This document shows positions 10,357 through 20,529 of a stretch of 64,000 nucleotides of DNA, piece after piece. The stretch is taken from the NCBI GenBank assembly GCA_965214835.1, contig CBDCCK010000002.1, positions 576,001 to 640,000 of the forward strand, written 5' to 3'. Source of the stretch: Nitrosopumilaceae archaeon (GTDB lineage Archaea > Thermoproteota > Nitrososphaeria > Nitrososphaerales > Nitrosopumilaceae). The stretch's first letter is position 1; every line of letters starts with the position of its first letter. The notes beneath the pieces were generated by a model. That model saw only the letters and a program-made list of their open reading frames with translations, searched no databases and was not told the DNA's origin. The position numbers and the translations under genes were made by a program.

Positions 10357-11385
10357 ATGAGCTGCTCCGGGGAGACATACGGGCAAGAAAGCGAGCTCAT
10401 CCAGATCAGGCCCGGGGTTATGCAGCAGCTAAAAAAGGCCAAGTACGGGGTAGCCGATCATTCCACCGTGGAGCTGTGCCACTGGACGAAAAAATCATTC
10501 AGGAACGAGGGGGACTGCTACAAGCACAAGTTCTACGGGATCCTGACCCACAGATGCATGGAGTTCTCGCCTGCGGGGATGTACTGTGAGAACCGCTGCG
10601 TGTATTGCTGGAGGCCCATGGAGTTCTACGACTCTGTATCAATGGAGCCAGAAAAGGTCGCCGAGCCACAGCAAATCATGGACAGGCTGATGGAGGAGCG
10701 CAGGGGCTTGATCATGGGACATTACGGGGATCCGGCAAAGGACAGGCAGAAGCTAGACGAGTCGCTGTATCCGACACACTATGCAATATCGCTGTCCGGG
10801 GAGCCGACAATGTACCCCAAGCTTCCCCAGCTCATCAGATACCTCAGGGGGCTGAAGGAGACAAAGTCAATTTTTCTGGTGACTAACGGGCAGGAGCCGG
10901 ACATGATAAGGAGGCTGCAAGACGAGGACGCGCTGCCCACACAGCTGTATCTTTCAACGAACGCGGCAGACCGCGAGGCGTTTCTTAAAATCAACCAGCC
11001 AAGGTACGATGACTCGTGGGAGAGGTGGAATGAGACTCTGAACATGCTAAAAGATCTGGACACTAGAACCGTGATCAGGATTACCTTGATCAGGGGATAC
11101 AACACGGACAGGGGCATGGTTCGGGCATTTGCAGGAATGCTCAGAAAGTCTAGCGCCAACTTTATAGAGGTCAAGTCATACATGCACGTCGGAAGGTCAA
11201 TCAACAGGCTGGAGAAGGACAGCATGCTGGAGATAGGCGAGGTCAGGGAGTTTGCACGCGGGCTGGCAGGACAGAGTGAAATCTTCTCAGTCATGGATGA
11301 GAGCGAGGCGTCCAGGATCGTGGTGCTGCAAAACATGGAGAGGTTCGTCGACAGGCAGATTCCTACCTATGTAGAAACCAGTTAG
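10357..11385 (+). CDS. taw1: 4-demethylwyosine synthase TYW1/Taw1 (radical SAM)
   Basis: CHWT..CYK..FYGI..HRC N-terminus, CxxxCxxCWR, ISLSGEPT. Confidence 0.93.
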   Translation: MSCSGETYGQESELIQIRPGVMQQLKKAKYGVADHSTVELCHWTKKSFRNEGDCYKHKFYGILTHRCMEFSPAGMYCENRCVYCWRPMEFYDSVSMEPEKVAEPQQIMDRLMEERRGLIMGHYGDPAKDRQKLDESLYPTHYAISLSGEPTMYPKLPQLIRYLRGLKETKSIFLVTNGQEPDMIRRLQDEDALPTQLYLSTNAADREAFLKINQPRYDDSWERWNETLNMLKDLDTRTVIRITLIRGYNTDRGMVRAFAGMLRKSSANFIEVKSYMHVGRSINRLEKDSMLEIGEVREFARGLAGQSEIFSVMDESEASRIVVLQNMERFVDRQIPTYVETS

Positions 11386-11929
11386 AGAATTTTTTCAGGG
11401 ACTCGTATCTGTGGGAGACCGAGTTTTTGCCGGCAAGCTCGGCAAACGTCTTGGTCTGGCCGTCGGCAATGAAGATGGGGTCATATCCCCAGCCCCTTCC
11501 CCTCACGGCTTTGGAGATCCTTCCCGGAACCCTTGCCTCAAACGAAGTCAGTCTGCTCCCGTCACAGTAGGTAATGACGGATGCAAAGGATGCCGCCCTG
11601 CTTCTGCCCACCAGCCTAAGAATTCCCTTGTTCCCGATTGTGCCAAATGCAAAGGAGGAGTACGGGCCGGGGAATCCCCCCAGCGAGTTGATCTCCAGGC
11701 CGTCGTCTTCTACAATTACCTGCCTTTTGCACAGTTTGAAGGCGTGCCTTGCCTTGTGCCGGGAGATTGTCCGGATGGAGTCCGACTGGATCTCCTGCAG
11801 TGAGCAAGAAAAGAATTCCAGCTCTATGCCGTACGTGCCAAGAATGCTCTGCGCCTCGGCAAACTTGTGCCGGTTAGACGAGGCAAAAAGCAGCCTAGAC
11901 GACAGACGCATACCTGCCCCTGCCTTCAA
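11363..11929 (-). CDS. rdgB: RdgB/HAM1 non-canonical purine NTP pyrophosphatase
   Basis: SSNxHK, EDDGL..LGGFPGPYS, GWGYDPIF, SHR motifs. Confidence 0.92.
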   Translation of the reverse strand: MKAGAGMRLSSRLLFASSNRHKFAEAQSILGTYGIELEFFSCSLQEIQSDSIRTISRHKARHAFKLCKRQVIVEDDGLEINSLGGFPGPYSSFAFGTIGNKGILRLVGRSRAASFASVITYCDGSRLTSFEARVPGRISKAVRGRGWGYDPIFIADGQTKTFAELAGKNSVSHRYESLKKFSNWFLHR

Positions 11930-12518
11930 TGATCGAGACCAGTCTGAGGATTTTATTGCAATAGGCGGCGCCGACTACGGACCTGTACCCGGCAAGGAAG
12001 CCCTGCCACGCCCCGTCCATGATTTTGGCATGTGCGCTGTTCAGGGTCTCTTTGATCAGCCTAAGATCCACGGCGTGATCCTCGGGCTTTTCGGTCCTGA
12101 CTGCAAGCCCAAAGTCGATCACGTGTATGCCGTCCTTGGACAGGACAAAGTTCGAGGTCGTCGGATCGCCGTGCATGACGCCGTTTTTGTGAAGCAGGCC
12201 GACGACGATCCCGATGGGTCCTGAGCAGGAGATGATCTTTTTCGGCGGCAGATCATGGACGGGGGTGCCGGAGATATGCTGCATGATGATCTCGTATTTT
12301 TTGGCATCGACGAAATAGACCAGGGGTGCCGGGACTCCAAACGACTTTACATGCGAGATGATTTGGGACTCGTGAATGGTGCGGTGCCTTCTAATCCTTT
12401 TGTCAAGCTCGGGATGGCGGTATGCCCTGGCCTTCCGGGATTTAAGTATGGAGGGGCGCTCATGCCAGTCCAGGGAGTAGATGTCCCCCTCTGCGCCACG
12501 CTTGACTAGCTTCATCAA
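11895..12518 (-). CDS. bud32: KEOPS kinase Bud32
   Basis: GAEG, YRHPELD, HGDPTTSN, IDFGL, AVDL motifs. Confidence 0.92.
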   Translation of the reverse strand: MMKLVKRGAEGDIYSLDWHERPSILKSRKARAYRHPELDKRIRRHRTIHESQIISHVKSFGVPAPLVYFVDAKKYEIIMQHISGTPVHDLPPKKIISCSGPIGIVVGLLHKNGVMHGDPTTSNFVLSKDGIHVIDFGLAVRTEKPEDHAVDLRLIKETLNSAHAKIMDGAWQGFLAGYRSVVGAAYCNKILRLVSIIEGRGRYASVV

Positions 12519-12530
12519 AATTAAAATTAA

Positions 12531-12878
12531 ATGAGATGCTTAAAAGTCATCATGAGGGAAGGAGAGGAGAGGATCAAGCAGGAGGACTGCTCTGAGGACT
12601 CGCTGGGCTCTGGCATCCTGACGCTGACCAACAGGAGGCTGGCCTTTGACAAGGCAAGGGGCAGGATTATGGACTTTTCAAAAAAGTTCGAGGACACGGT
12701 GGTGGATGTCCCGCTAGGCGAGGTCACAAAGGCCTGGAAGGAGGGCAGGTTCATCAAGAAGGTGTGCTTTGCGGCAAGGCAGGACAACGAGGAGAGAACC
12801 TACAAGTTCGGGGTCTTTAACACGAGCGACTGGCTGGAAACGATTCAGGACGCGCTAGAGGACCATAAAAGTCAGTAG
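12531..12878 (+). CDS. Hypothetical protein (PH/GRAM-like)
   Basis: GxLxLTNxRL motif and C-terminal W-helix. Confidence 0.7.
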   Translation: MRCLKVIMREGEERIKQEDCSEDSLGSGILTLTNRRLAFDKARGRIMDFSKKFEDTVVDVPLGEVTKAWKEGRFIKKVCFAARQDNEERTYKFGVFNTSDWLETIQDALEDHKSQ

Positions 12879-13855
12879 CGTATGCGTACCGTATCCAGGC
12901 GCCAGGACTGCCTGACAAAGGTGTCGTCGATTTTTGCGCCGGGCCCGACGGTAGACTCCATGAGCCCGGTCCAGGCTATCTGCGAGCCGCAGTCCCCGGC
13001 GTACCTTAGGGGAACCACAAGCAGCCGGCAGCCCTGTCGCCTGCACACGTCATCTAGCATGAGCGACAGGCGCTTGTTGGCGGCAACGCCGCCTACGACC
13101 ATCAGCTCCTTTTTCCTTGTAAAGGACAGTGCGCGCTCCACTGCCTCGCATACCATTGCAAAGGCAGTCTCCTGAAGCGAGTAGCACGCCTCTTTTTTCC
13201 CCTGCCTTGCCAGGGCCTTGGCCGCAGACAGAAGACCAGAAAAGGAGACGTCGTTGCCCTTTACCGCATAGGGAAGCGATCTGTAGTCCTCCGAGCCCAG
13301 GGCCATCTCCTCGATTACCCTTCCACACGGGGATGCCAGTCCCAGGGAGCGGCCAAACTGGTCTAGCAGCTGTCCCAGCGTAATATCCAGGGTCTCCCCG
13401 AAAACCCTCCACTGCCTCATCAAAAATGCAAGCAGCATCGTATGTCCTCCCGAGACAAGCAGTACCAGGGGATCCTTTGCGCCGGTCAGCAGCCTTCCCA
13501 GCTCAATGTGTCCGACCGCATGGTTGACGGGATAGATCGGGATGTCATAGTAGGAGGCCAGGGAGCGGGCGACTACGGCGCCCACGCGCAGGCAGGGGCC
13601 AAGTCCCGGACCGCCCGCATACGAAATCAGATCCAGGTCGCCGATGCGGACGCCTGCCTCCTCCATGCACAGGGACAGGACCTGCGGGCTGTTTTCAACA
13701 TGGTGCCTGGATGCCTCGCGGGGATGAATGCCCTGCCCCTCCGGGGGCTTGAAGATCCTTCGCACGTCAGACCGGATTATTCCCCTGCCCCCCCTTTTCT
13801 CCATTACTGCGCAAGAAAAGGTGTGCGCGGTGCTTTCAATTCCCAGACCCAGCAT
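12872..13855 (-). CDS. kae1: KEOPS t6A synthase Kae1
   Basis: GIESTAHT, GIHPREA, GPGLGPCL, VNHAVGHIE, VSGGHT. Confidence 0.95.
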   Translation of the reverse strand: MLGLGIESTAHTFSCAVMEKRGGRGIIRSDVRRIFKPPEGQGIHPREASRHHVENSPQVLSLCMEEAGVRIGDLDLISYAGGPGLGPCLRVGAVVARSLASYYDIPIYPVNHAVGHIELGRLLTGAKDPLVLLVSGGHTMLLAFLMRQWRVFGETLDITLGQLLDQFGRSLGLASPCGRVIEEMALGSEDYRSLPYAVKGNDVSFSGLLSAAKALARQGKKEACYSLQETAFAMVCEAVERALSFTRKKELMVVGGVAANKRLSLMLDDVCRRQGCRLLVVPLRYAGDCGSQIAWTGLMESTVGPGAKIDDTFVRQSWRLDTVRIRY

Positions 13856-13856
13856 T

Positions 13857-15047
13857 CTATCCCCTGCTCATGCTTGAGACTATCTTGACGACGTCGCCGT
13901 CCTGCAGGATATAGTCTGCACCAACCCTCTGCCTGGACCTGCAGTTTATCCCGAAAAGAAACCCCCTTCCAATGTCGGCATGAACCGCATAGGCAAGATC
14001 CCTTGCGGTGGAGCCCGGAGGCATCAGCTTTGCATCTGGCAGCACCTGGCCGTCCTTGTCGCACAGCCGGGTCTCATCCTCAACGGGGTAGACCACGCTG
14101 AGCTTCAGCAGGTCAAATGCGGCATGGTTCAGGGCGCGCTGCACTCCGGTCGTCTTGATTTTTTCAAGGACCGAGGAGACTAGGGCCAGGGCCTTTTTCT
14201 GCTCGGGCCCAAGGGAAGACCCGTCTCTTACCGAGAACGTCTCGCTGCCGGGCACATAGTCAACGATCCCTGCCTTGCTTGCCTTTTTTAGCAGCAGCTC
14301 CGACTCTGCACTGCATGGAACCACCGCCGAGCCGGTGATTTTTTTTACAATGTCCAAATCGGCGCAAAGATCCGCCTTGTTTGCAGCCACCATGATTGGC
14401 TTTGAGGTCAGGCGCAGCTCCCTGACAAAGCCTGCCAGATCACCGTCAGACCACTCTTTTGGTTTTTTTGATGCAAGGTTTAGTCTTTGGATTACGCCTT
14501 GTATGACGCCCTCGGATATTCCCAGCCCGCTAAACCTGCCCGCAATGGCCTGGGCCAGCTTTACGGTCTTCATTTCGACCTCGCGTGACAGCTTGTCCCA
14601 CTCCCTGCCAAGAATTTGCTTGAACCACTGCTCAAACTCGTTTGTGACAAACGCCACGTCCTCCAGGGGGTCATGCGAGCCGGGAGTTACCGGCTGTCCT
14701 CGAATATCGGTGGCGCCTGCGATGTCAACCACATGGATCAGGGCCTCGGCCTGCCTTGCATCGTCAAGAAACTGGTTTCCCAGCCCCTTGCCCTCATGTG
14801 CGCCGGGAACCAGGCCTGCGATGTCAATCAGCTTTACCGGAATGAACCTGGCTCCATCTATGCAGTACTGGCTTTCGTGCTTGATTTCAAAGTGCTTGCA
14901 GGCGCAGTCCGTTTTTACATGGCCCACGCCAACGTTTGGCTCAATTGTGGTAAAGGGAAAGTTTCCGGTCGCCACAGGGGTCTCGGTGGCGGCAGAGAAA
15001 AACGTTGATTTTCCTACGTTTGCCTTGCCAAGCAGGCCAATCTGCAT
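13857..15047 (-). CDS. ychF: YchF/OBG-family GTPase with TGS domain (start at MQIGLLGK)
   Basis: GKANVGKST, FPFTTIEPN, DIAGL, NKAD, C-terminal TGS. Confidence 0.9.
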   Translation of the reverse strand: MQIGLLGKANVGKSTFFSAATETPVATGNFPFTTIEPNVGVGHVKTDCACKHFEIKHESQYCIDGARFIPVKLIDIAGLVPGAHEGKGLGNQFLDDARQAEALIHVVDIAGATDIRGQPVTPGSHDPLEDVAFVTNEFEQWFKQILGREWDKLSREVEMKTVKLAQAIAGRFSGLGISEGVIQGVIQRLNLASKKPKEWSDGDLAGFVRELRLTSKPIMVAANKADLCADLDIVKKITGSAVVPCSAESELLLKKASKAGIVDYVPGSETFSVRDGSSLGPEQKKALALVSSVLEKIKTTGVQRALNHAAFDLLKLSVVYPVEDETRLCDKDGQVLPDAKLMPPGSTARDLAYAVHADIGRGFLFGINCRSRQRVGADYILQDGDVVKIVSSMSRG

Positions 15048-15115
15048 GTGCACAAGGGCTCGGCTTGTCCATATTAGTATTGCATAAATGACCGGTCGCA
15101 TAAAAGAAGGCCAAG

Positions 15116-15670
15116 ATGGCATTTGTGATTACCGGAAACCCGGGGGTCGGCAAGCACACCATAGCCCGAAGAGTCGCAGATCAGCGCGGCCTGAAGACCC
15201 TAGATCTCAACCAAATCGCAGTCAGGTCCGGGATAGCGGAGAGGGCGGGGGAGACGCTTGATGTGGACGTCGAGATACTGAGGAATGTCCTCGGGGGAGA
15301 GGTCTCAGAAAATGCGCTAGTCGTCGGGCACCTGGCCCCGTACGTAGTCGACAGGAGCCAGGTGGAGCTGGCCGTCATACTAAGGAAAAACCCATACAAG
15401 CTTGATCACACATACAAAAGGAGGGGCTACTCGGAGTCAAAAATAATACAAAACCAGGGAAGCGAGATTCTGGGCATCATAGCACACGACGCGACGGCCA
15501 GGTTCGGGCAAGAAAAGACCGTCCAAATCGACACAAGCGATCGCCCAGTAGGGGAGACGGTCCGCATGGTAGGCGACGCAATGGAGGGAAACCCACGCCA
15601 AGACGCAGTTGACTGGCTAGGAATGGTAAGCTGCAGGGGGGACATGGGAAGGTTCTTTCCAACTGATTAA
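15116..15670 (+). CDS. AK6/Fap7-like nucleotide kinase
   Basis: ITGNPGVGKHT P-loop, VVGH, RGYS..KI motifs. Confidence 0.85.
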   Translation: MAFVITGNPGVGKHTIARRVADQRGLKTLDLNQIAVRSGIAERAGETLDVDVEILRNVLGGEVSENALVVGHLAPYVVDRSQVELAVILRKNPYKLDHTYKRRGYSESKIIQNQGSEILGIIAHDATARFGQEKTVQIDTSDRPVGETVRMVGDAMEGNPRQDAVDWLGMVSCRGDMGRFFPTD

Positions 15671-15696
15671 ATACCGTTTGCTGGGGCAGATCTTCA

Positions 15697-17211
15697 TTGT
15701 TTGAGGTCACAAAGACGGACTTGGCGGCAAGGATCGGCAGACTGAGGACCAACCACGGGACGGTTGAGACCCCCGCGTACGTACCTGTAGTCCACCCAGT
15801 CAAGCAGTCGATCCCCGCAAAAAAAATCCGGGAGATGGGCTTTGACGTCGTCATTACAAATGCATACATTTCAAGAGGCAGCTACGGGGACGAGGCAGTA
15901 AGGAGGGGAATCCACAAGATTATCGACTATGACGGCGCCATAATGACGGATTCCGGCGGATACCAGGTGCTGGAATACGGGGACGTGGACGTATCGCCAG
16001 AGCAGATGCAGGAGTTTGAGACTGGAATCATGGCGGACTTTGCAATACCGCTGGACAGGCCGACTGGCCTTGGCCTGTCAAAGTCACTGGCAAAAAGACG
16101 CGTCGATCATACCCTGAGGGTCTGCAGGGAGACGCTTGAGGCGAGTCCGGACAACGGCCAAATCTGGATGGGGCCGATCCAGGGCGGGGAGCACTCGGAG
16201 CTGGTCAGGCGATCCACCAGGGGGCTGCTAGAGGCAGGATTCAGGATGCTGGCATTGGGAAGCCCTGTCGAGTTTATGGAATCATACGAGTACAGGCTGC
16301 TGGCCGAAATGATAGTTGTGGCCAAGAGGCAGATGCCCCACTCGGTTCCCCTGCATCTGTTTGGCGCAGGACACCCGCTTACCATCCCGTTTGCCGTAGC
16401 GCTTGGATGCGATACGTTTGACTCGGCATCATACATGCTGTATGCAAGGCAGGGCAGGTACATTACCGAGGATAGGACGCGCCGCCTCTCAGACATGACA
16501 TACTTTTCGTGCCCGTGCGAGGTCTGCGCAAGGTACACGCCCGGAGAGCTTTGCGCATCAGGGGAGGGGGAGAGGACAGACGGCGTTGCGCTGCACAACC
16601 TTTACGCAATAAGATCCGAGGTGGACAGGGTAAAGGAGGCAGTCATGGAGGGGAGGCTGTGGGAGTACGTGATGAAAAAATGCAGGGCCCACCCGAGGCT
16701 ATACGAGGTCATCGGCGTCATGGTTGGGAATTCGGACTATCTGCAAAAGACGACTCCAAGGTTCAAGGAAAGGGCGGTGTTTCTTTACTCTGCCGAGGAT
16801 CAGTTCAGGCCCGAGGTCACGTCATACTGCGAGAGCGTAAAGAGGTACAGGACCAGAAAAAAGTCGCTGCTGATCATGCCGGAGACGGCCAAAAGGCCGG
16901 CGTACCTGTCCCCAGAATACGGCAGGCTCAAAAGAACAGTTGCCGGCATTGACAAAATGCAGGTGTGCCAGTACAACCCGTTCCTGGGGCTCATTCCGGT
17001 GGAGATCTCAGACATGTATCCGGCCTCGCACTATGTTGCAGTCAGAGCCAAGCAGAACCCCAGAGAATTTCCCGCGTTCGGGGATACCTGGGCGAGGTTT
17101 TTTGAAAACAACAGGTTTGAGGAGATAACGTACGACAAGGGTGACGAGTTTCTGAGTCACTTTGTCAAGAAAATACCAGACAAGATCACAAAGAAATCCC
17201 TGAAACTCTAA
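15697..17211 (+). CDS. tgtA: Archaeal tRNA-guanine(15) transglycosylase
   Basis: TDSGGYQ, HLFGAGHP, GCDTFDS, CxCxxC..HN zinc site. Confidence 0.94.
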   Translation: MFEVTKTDLAARIGRLRTNHGTVETPAYVPVVHPVKQSIPAKKIREMGFDVVITNAYISRGSYGDEAVRRGIHKIIDYDGAIMTDSGGYQVLEYGDVDVSPEQMQEFETGIMADFAIPLDRPTGLGLSKSLAKRRVDHTLRVCRETLEASPDNGQIWMGPIQGGEHSELVRRSTRGLLEAGFRMLALGSPVEFMESYEYRLLAEMIVVAKRQMPHSVPLHLFGAGHPLTIPFAVALGCDTFDSASYMLYARQGRYITEDRTRRLSDMTYFSCPCEVCARYTPGELCASGEGERTDGVALHNLYAIRSEVDRVKEAVMEGRLWEYVMKKCRAHPRLYEVIGVMVGNSDYLQKTTPRFKERAVFLYSAEDQFRPEVTSYCESVKRYRTRKKSLLIMPETAKRPAYLSPEYGRLKRTVAGIDKMQVCQYNPFLGLIPVEISDMYPASHYVAVRAKQNPREFPAFGDTWARFFENNRFEEITYDKGDEFLSHFVKKIPDKITKKSLKL

Positions 17212-17461
17212 AACAGTATCCATGTGAATTCTTGAAGCATTTTCCGGGATCTCGTGATATGGAGCATGGCTTTTGCCAGGGTTGCTCCATTTCCAAAGGG
17301 ATGGGTGGACATGTAACCATTCGGGGCTTTCCTCCAGTACCATCCTCATCCATTTGTTAGGCGATCCCGTAGCTAGTTGATCTAGGCATCATCCTCAGAC
17401 TGATAACGCAGTAGAGTAACCATGATATCCATTTGAAACGTTTCATGCCGTTGGGTGAAGG

Positions 17462-17494
17462 TAGTCAACTCGTAAAAGAGACGTAGTCTCGACA
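17462..17494. mobile_element. Remnant end of IS630-type element
   Basis: tagtcaactcgtaaaa matches terminus tagtcaactcataaaa at 31916. Confidence 0.5.
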
Positions 17495-17623
17495 GGGGTT
17501 GCCGCCTAATTCTACTTGTTTGGCTCAATCTGCACGCTTTTCTGAATTTCCGCCCTTTTGCACGCCTGATCATATGGCATCTCAACGGTTTTCGGGGATT
17601 CTAGCGAATTAGGCGACAACCCC
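17495..17623. mobile_element. MITE family C (129 bp, GGGGTTGYCGCCTAATTC TIRs)
   Basis: Terminal inverted repeats; inverted near-identical copy at 44006..44134. Confidence 0.88.
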
Positions 17624-17624
17624 A

Positions 17625-18437
17625 TTAAGCTGACACTAGTTCAACTCTATCTTCAACAGCCTTTAGCAGATTAACAAACTGTGGGTGTTTCGTACTGGCA
17701 CTTCCAACAAGAACGCCATCAACACTGTCTTGTCTGAGATAATCACATACATTATCTTCATTTACACTGCCCCCATATAGTATACGGACGGCATCAGATG
17801 TAGGTTCGTCAAGAATATTATTCAAAATACGTCTTATAGATCCGTGTATTTTATTAACAGCACTGGCATCTGGAGGAGAGACCGGATTCTCAGAGCTTAT
17901 AGCCCATACAGGCTCATAAGCAATGCTTAGTCTACCTTTTACCAAATCAGAGGGCAAGTCTTCTAAGGTTTCTGCTAATTGATTTTCTAGAATCTTGATT
18001 GTTTTATTTTGATTCTTTTCTTCAAGATTTTCTCCAATACACAGGACTATTTTCAATTTAGATTGAGTTAATGTAGCTTTTACTTTGCCATGAATTAATT
18101 TGTTGGATTCATTTTTGTATTTACGTAACTCAGAGTGACCTAGAATAACATATGTACAACCAACATCATCTAACATTGCAGGTGCGATATGACCTGTATA
18201 TGCACCGTAGCCACTAGAATCAACGTCTTGTCCGCTTAATTCAATATTAGCTCCACTGATTGCGTTGGTTACAGGTATTAAGTGAAGAAACGATGGAGAC
18301 AATACTAATTCATAATCGTCTTTTTTTGTACTTTGTACATTACGCCAGTTAGCAATTTGTTTTGCAAGCTCTTTGGCCTTTGCAGTATTCAGATATGCTT
18401 TCCATGCACCTACTATAATTTTTTTACGTCCTGCCAT
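17625..18437 (-). CDS. tpiA: Bacterial-type triosephosphate isomerase family protein, AT-rich
   Basis: WK, GAYTG, LGHSE, AYEPVWAI, ILYGGSV, DGVLVG motifs. Confidence 0.85.
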   Translation of the reverse strand: MAGRKKIIVGAWKAYLNTAKAKELAKQIANWRNVQSTKKDDYELVLSPSFLHLIPVTNAISGANIELSGQDVDSSGYGAYTGHIAPAMLDDVGCTYVILGHSELRKYKNESNKLIHGKVKATLTQSKLKIVLCIGENLEEKNQNKTIKILENQLAETLEDLPSDLVKGRLSIAYEPVWAISSENPVSPPDASAVNKIHGSIRRILNNILDEPTSDAVRILYGGSVNEDNVCDYLRQDSVDGVLVGSASTKHPQFVNLLKAVEDRVELVSA

Positions 18438-18518
18438 CCAAACTACCTTGCTTATTTGATGTGAATCAAAGGCTGAATTGGGGATATATAATTTACGAGA
18501 AAGCCCATAGGCTGTGTA

Positions 18519-19219
18519 TTAGACCTTGTGCGTAATCGCCGGGATCAAAAAACTCCGACATCACTTTGGCCTGGCATGCAAAGCCGGCAGCGCCACATGA
18601 TACGCATCGGGCCACTAGGGACCTCGTACCATGCAGTTATGAACACGTCTGGCTGACGAAAACTGCAGCATGGTGCGGCATCGTGTGGCGCCGCAATGCG
18701 CTCCGTATCGCAGTATCAGAACCCATGCATGAGCTTCTTGTTCCGTTTGTCCCACAGCAGCCTAAAGTTGGCAAGCCCGGCCGTCACCTGGAACTCCCGG
18801 TCAAACTCCTCGCAGTCCCGTCGTACGGGTCGCACATCCGCTTGTACTGCTTGATGCGCCCTATGGCGTGCTCGACTATGACCCTCTTGCTGCTCATCAT
18901 CTTGTTTTGTGCGCACTGCCTCTTTGTAAGCTTGCCCCCTTTGGCTTTTGTGGGGCTGCCGGGACGTGGTTCCCGGGTACAATTTTTCGATTTCCAGGTA
19001 TCCCAGATCCGTGAGCAGCTTTGCCTTCTCGTCCTCGGGGTGTTTCCTGTTGCTACGCATCCTGGCAGTCAGTATTCCCAGATTCGGTGGATTGTCCCGT
19101 ATCATGCGGAGGTCGTGCGTGCTTCCGGGCGCCGATGCGCTTGCGTATATCGTCAGTCCGTCCTTGTTGCCTCATCACCTGTGTGTTGCGCGTAAAGCTC
19201 TTCTTCTTGCCCGAGTATG
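18519..19219 (-). pseudogene. Degraded IS5-like (DDE_Tnp_4) transposase with family-B TIR at about 18520
   Basis: YSGKKK, DLGY, HRxxxxKQ-like fragments in shifted frames; tagaccttgtgcgtaatcg end. Confidence 0.75.
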
Positions 19220-19326
19220 GTAACAGCTCGGGCTCTGGAAGTTCAGGCGTGGATTTTACCGCCAAAGAGACGTTCGCAGATGTAGTTCGTGCCTAAAATC
19301 GTAAATCACTAAGCCCAAGCTGCCAC
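19220..19326. mobile_element. MITE family A copy inserted in transposase remnant
   Basis: gtaacagctcgggctctggaagttcagg.. matches 49963 copy. Confidence 0.8.
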
Positions 19327-19583
19327 CCGATAGGGCCCTGCGGATGTTTTTGTTTTGTGTATCGCTTGCAGATGCAACATATGGCTGACAAAGGGATTCT
19401 GACGATCCAGGGGAGTGCAACATGGCACTGGTGTGTCTCATGGCCGCGTATGTGCCGGCACTCTGTGCGCAGGATGCCTGCAGGTCTGGAGTAGGGCGGA
19501 GGCACGATCCCGGCTAGCGGGATTTGCGGGGTCATTTTCAACTAGTGTAAAAAGAAGAAAAAGGTGTGTGAAAAGACACAGGC

Positions 19584-19886
19584 CTATAGCGCTGCGTCTT
19601 CTGCCCAGCCGTTGACGAAGACACCGTTCTTGTGAAGAGGTACTGGTTGACCAGCAGTGTAGTTCATCGGTCTCATCCAGAAGATTGACTTTGTTGGGCA
19701 TACACCGATGCATGCACCATCAGAGATACATCTCTCCGGATAAAAGACGAATGCTTTACCTCTCTTCCAGCCTTCGACAGGTTTTACTCTAAGGACATCT
19801 GGACCAAGAGACGTACAGATTTCTACGCACAGTGCGCATCCGATACATCTTTGCTCATCAATGTCTGGAAGTATTGCGATTGGCAT
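19584..19886 (-). CDS. 4Fe-4S dicluster ferredoxin
   Basis: CIGCALCVEIC and CISDGACIGVCP motifs. Confidence 0.92.
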   Translation of the reverse strand: MPIAILPDIDEQRCIGCALCVEICTSLGPDVLRVKPVEGWKRGKAFVFYPERCISDGACIGVCPTKSIFWMRPMNYTAGQPVPLHKNGVFVNGWAEDAAL

Positions 19887-20120
19887 TACGATTTGATCAA
19901 GGTAGGTTACTATTTAAACCATAATTGAAATCCATAACGGGGTTATAGGGAAAATCGGATCGGGCCGGCAGGCATTACGCAATAGCTAAAGACGCACCGC
20001 CGCCCCCCATGGCCCCCCCCCCCCCGGCTACCTCACGGAGCCTTTGGCGTGCAGAACCACGAAATGGGGCACGGTTCCGGATGCAAGAGTAAGATGTCTT
20101 TCAGATGCTGTGTCGCAAAA

Positions 20121-20180
20121 GTACGAGGTCACAGCTGCATGCAAGCTCATGCCTGAGTGGTCAAAGGGGTGACGGACATT
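20121..20180. mobile_element. Internally deleted MITE family D copy
   Basis: Begins gtacgaggtcac and continues with ..catgcctga..ggggtgac as in 58095/60558. Confidence 0.5.
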
Positions 20181-20227
20181 ATGCGTTGAAAATAATAAAA
20201 ACAAAAAAGAGACGTGGGTTTCACGTA

Positions 20228-20440
20228 TTACTTTCTCATTGCGTCGATCTGGCCCGAGGTCACCCAATCTAGTAACTCTGCGGATGATGGATTAAGATCA
20301 GCTTTTTCATTCATAAGATTCTGTACCCAAATCCAGTTTACCTGATTAAGAAGTGGTTTGTTTGCCTCGTCGCCTGCACGTGTCTTTGCAACTAGGGCTT
20401 GGTCTTGCTGACCCAGCCATTCTTGGAAGCTTCGTCCCAT
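20228..20440 (-). CDS. Small hypothetical protein
   Basis: 70-aa ORF with upstream TATA-like box and downstream T-tract. Confidence 0.75.
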   Translation of the reverse strand: MGRSFQEWLGQQDQALVAKTRAGDEANKPLLNQVNWIWVQNLMNEKADLNPSSAELLDWVTSGQIDAMRK

Positions 20441-20529
20441 GAAGATCGGATCTTAGATTACACTAATTAAAGCTTTTGTAGATTATAAATCACGTATAAT
20501 GATCGTATTTAACGTAAGAAGGTTTTAAG

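Noticed and set aside
20003-20025. Poly-C tract as phase-variation switch
   Set aside because: Intergenic, away from the TATA box, and possibly a sequencing artefact
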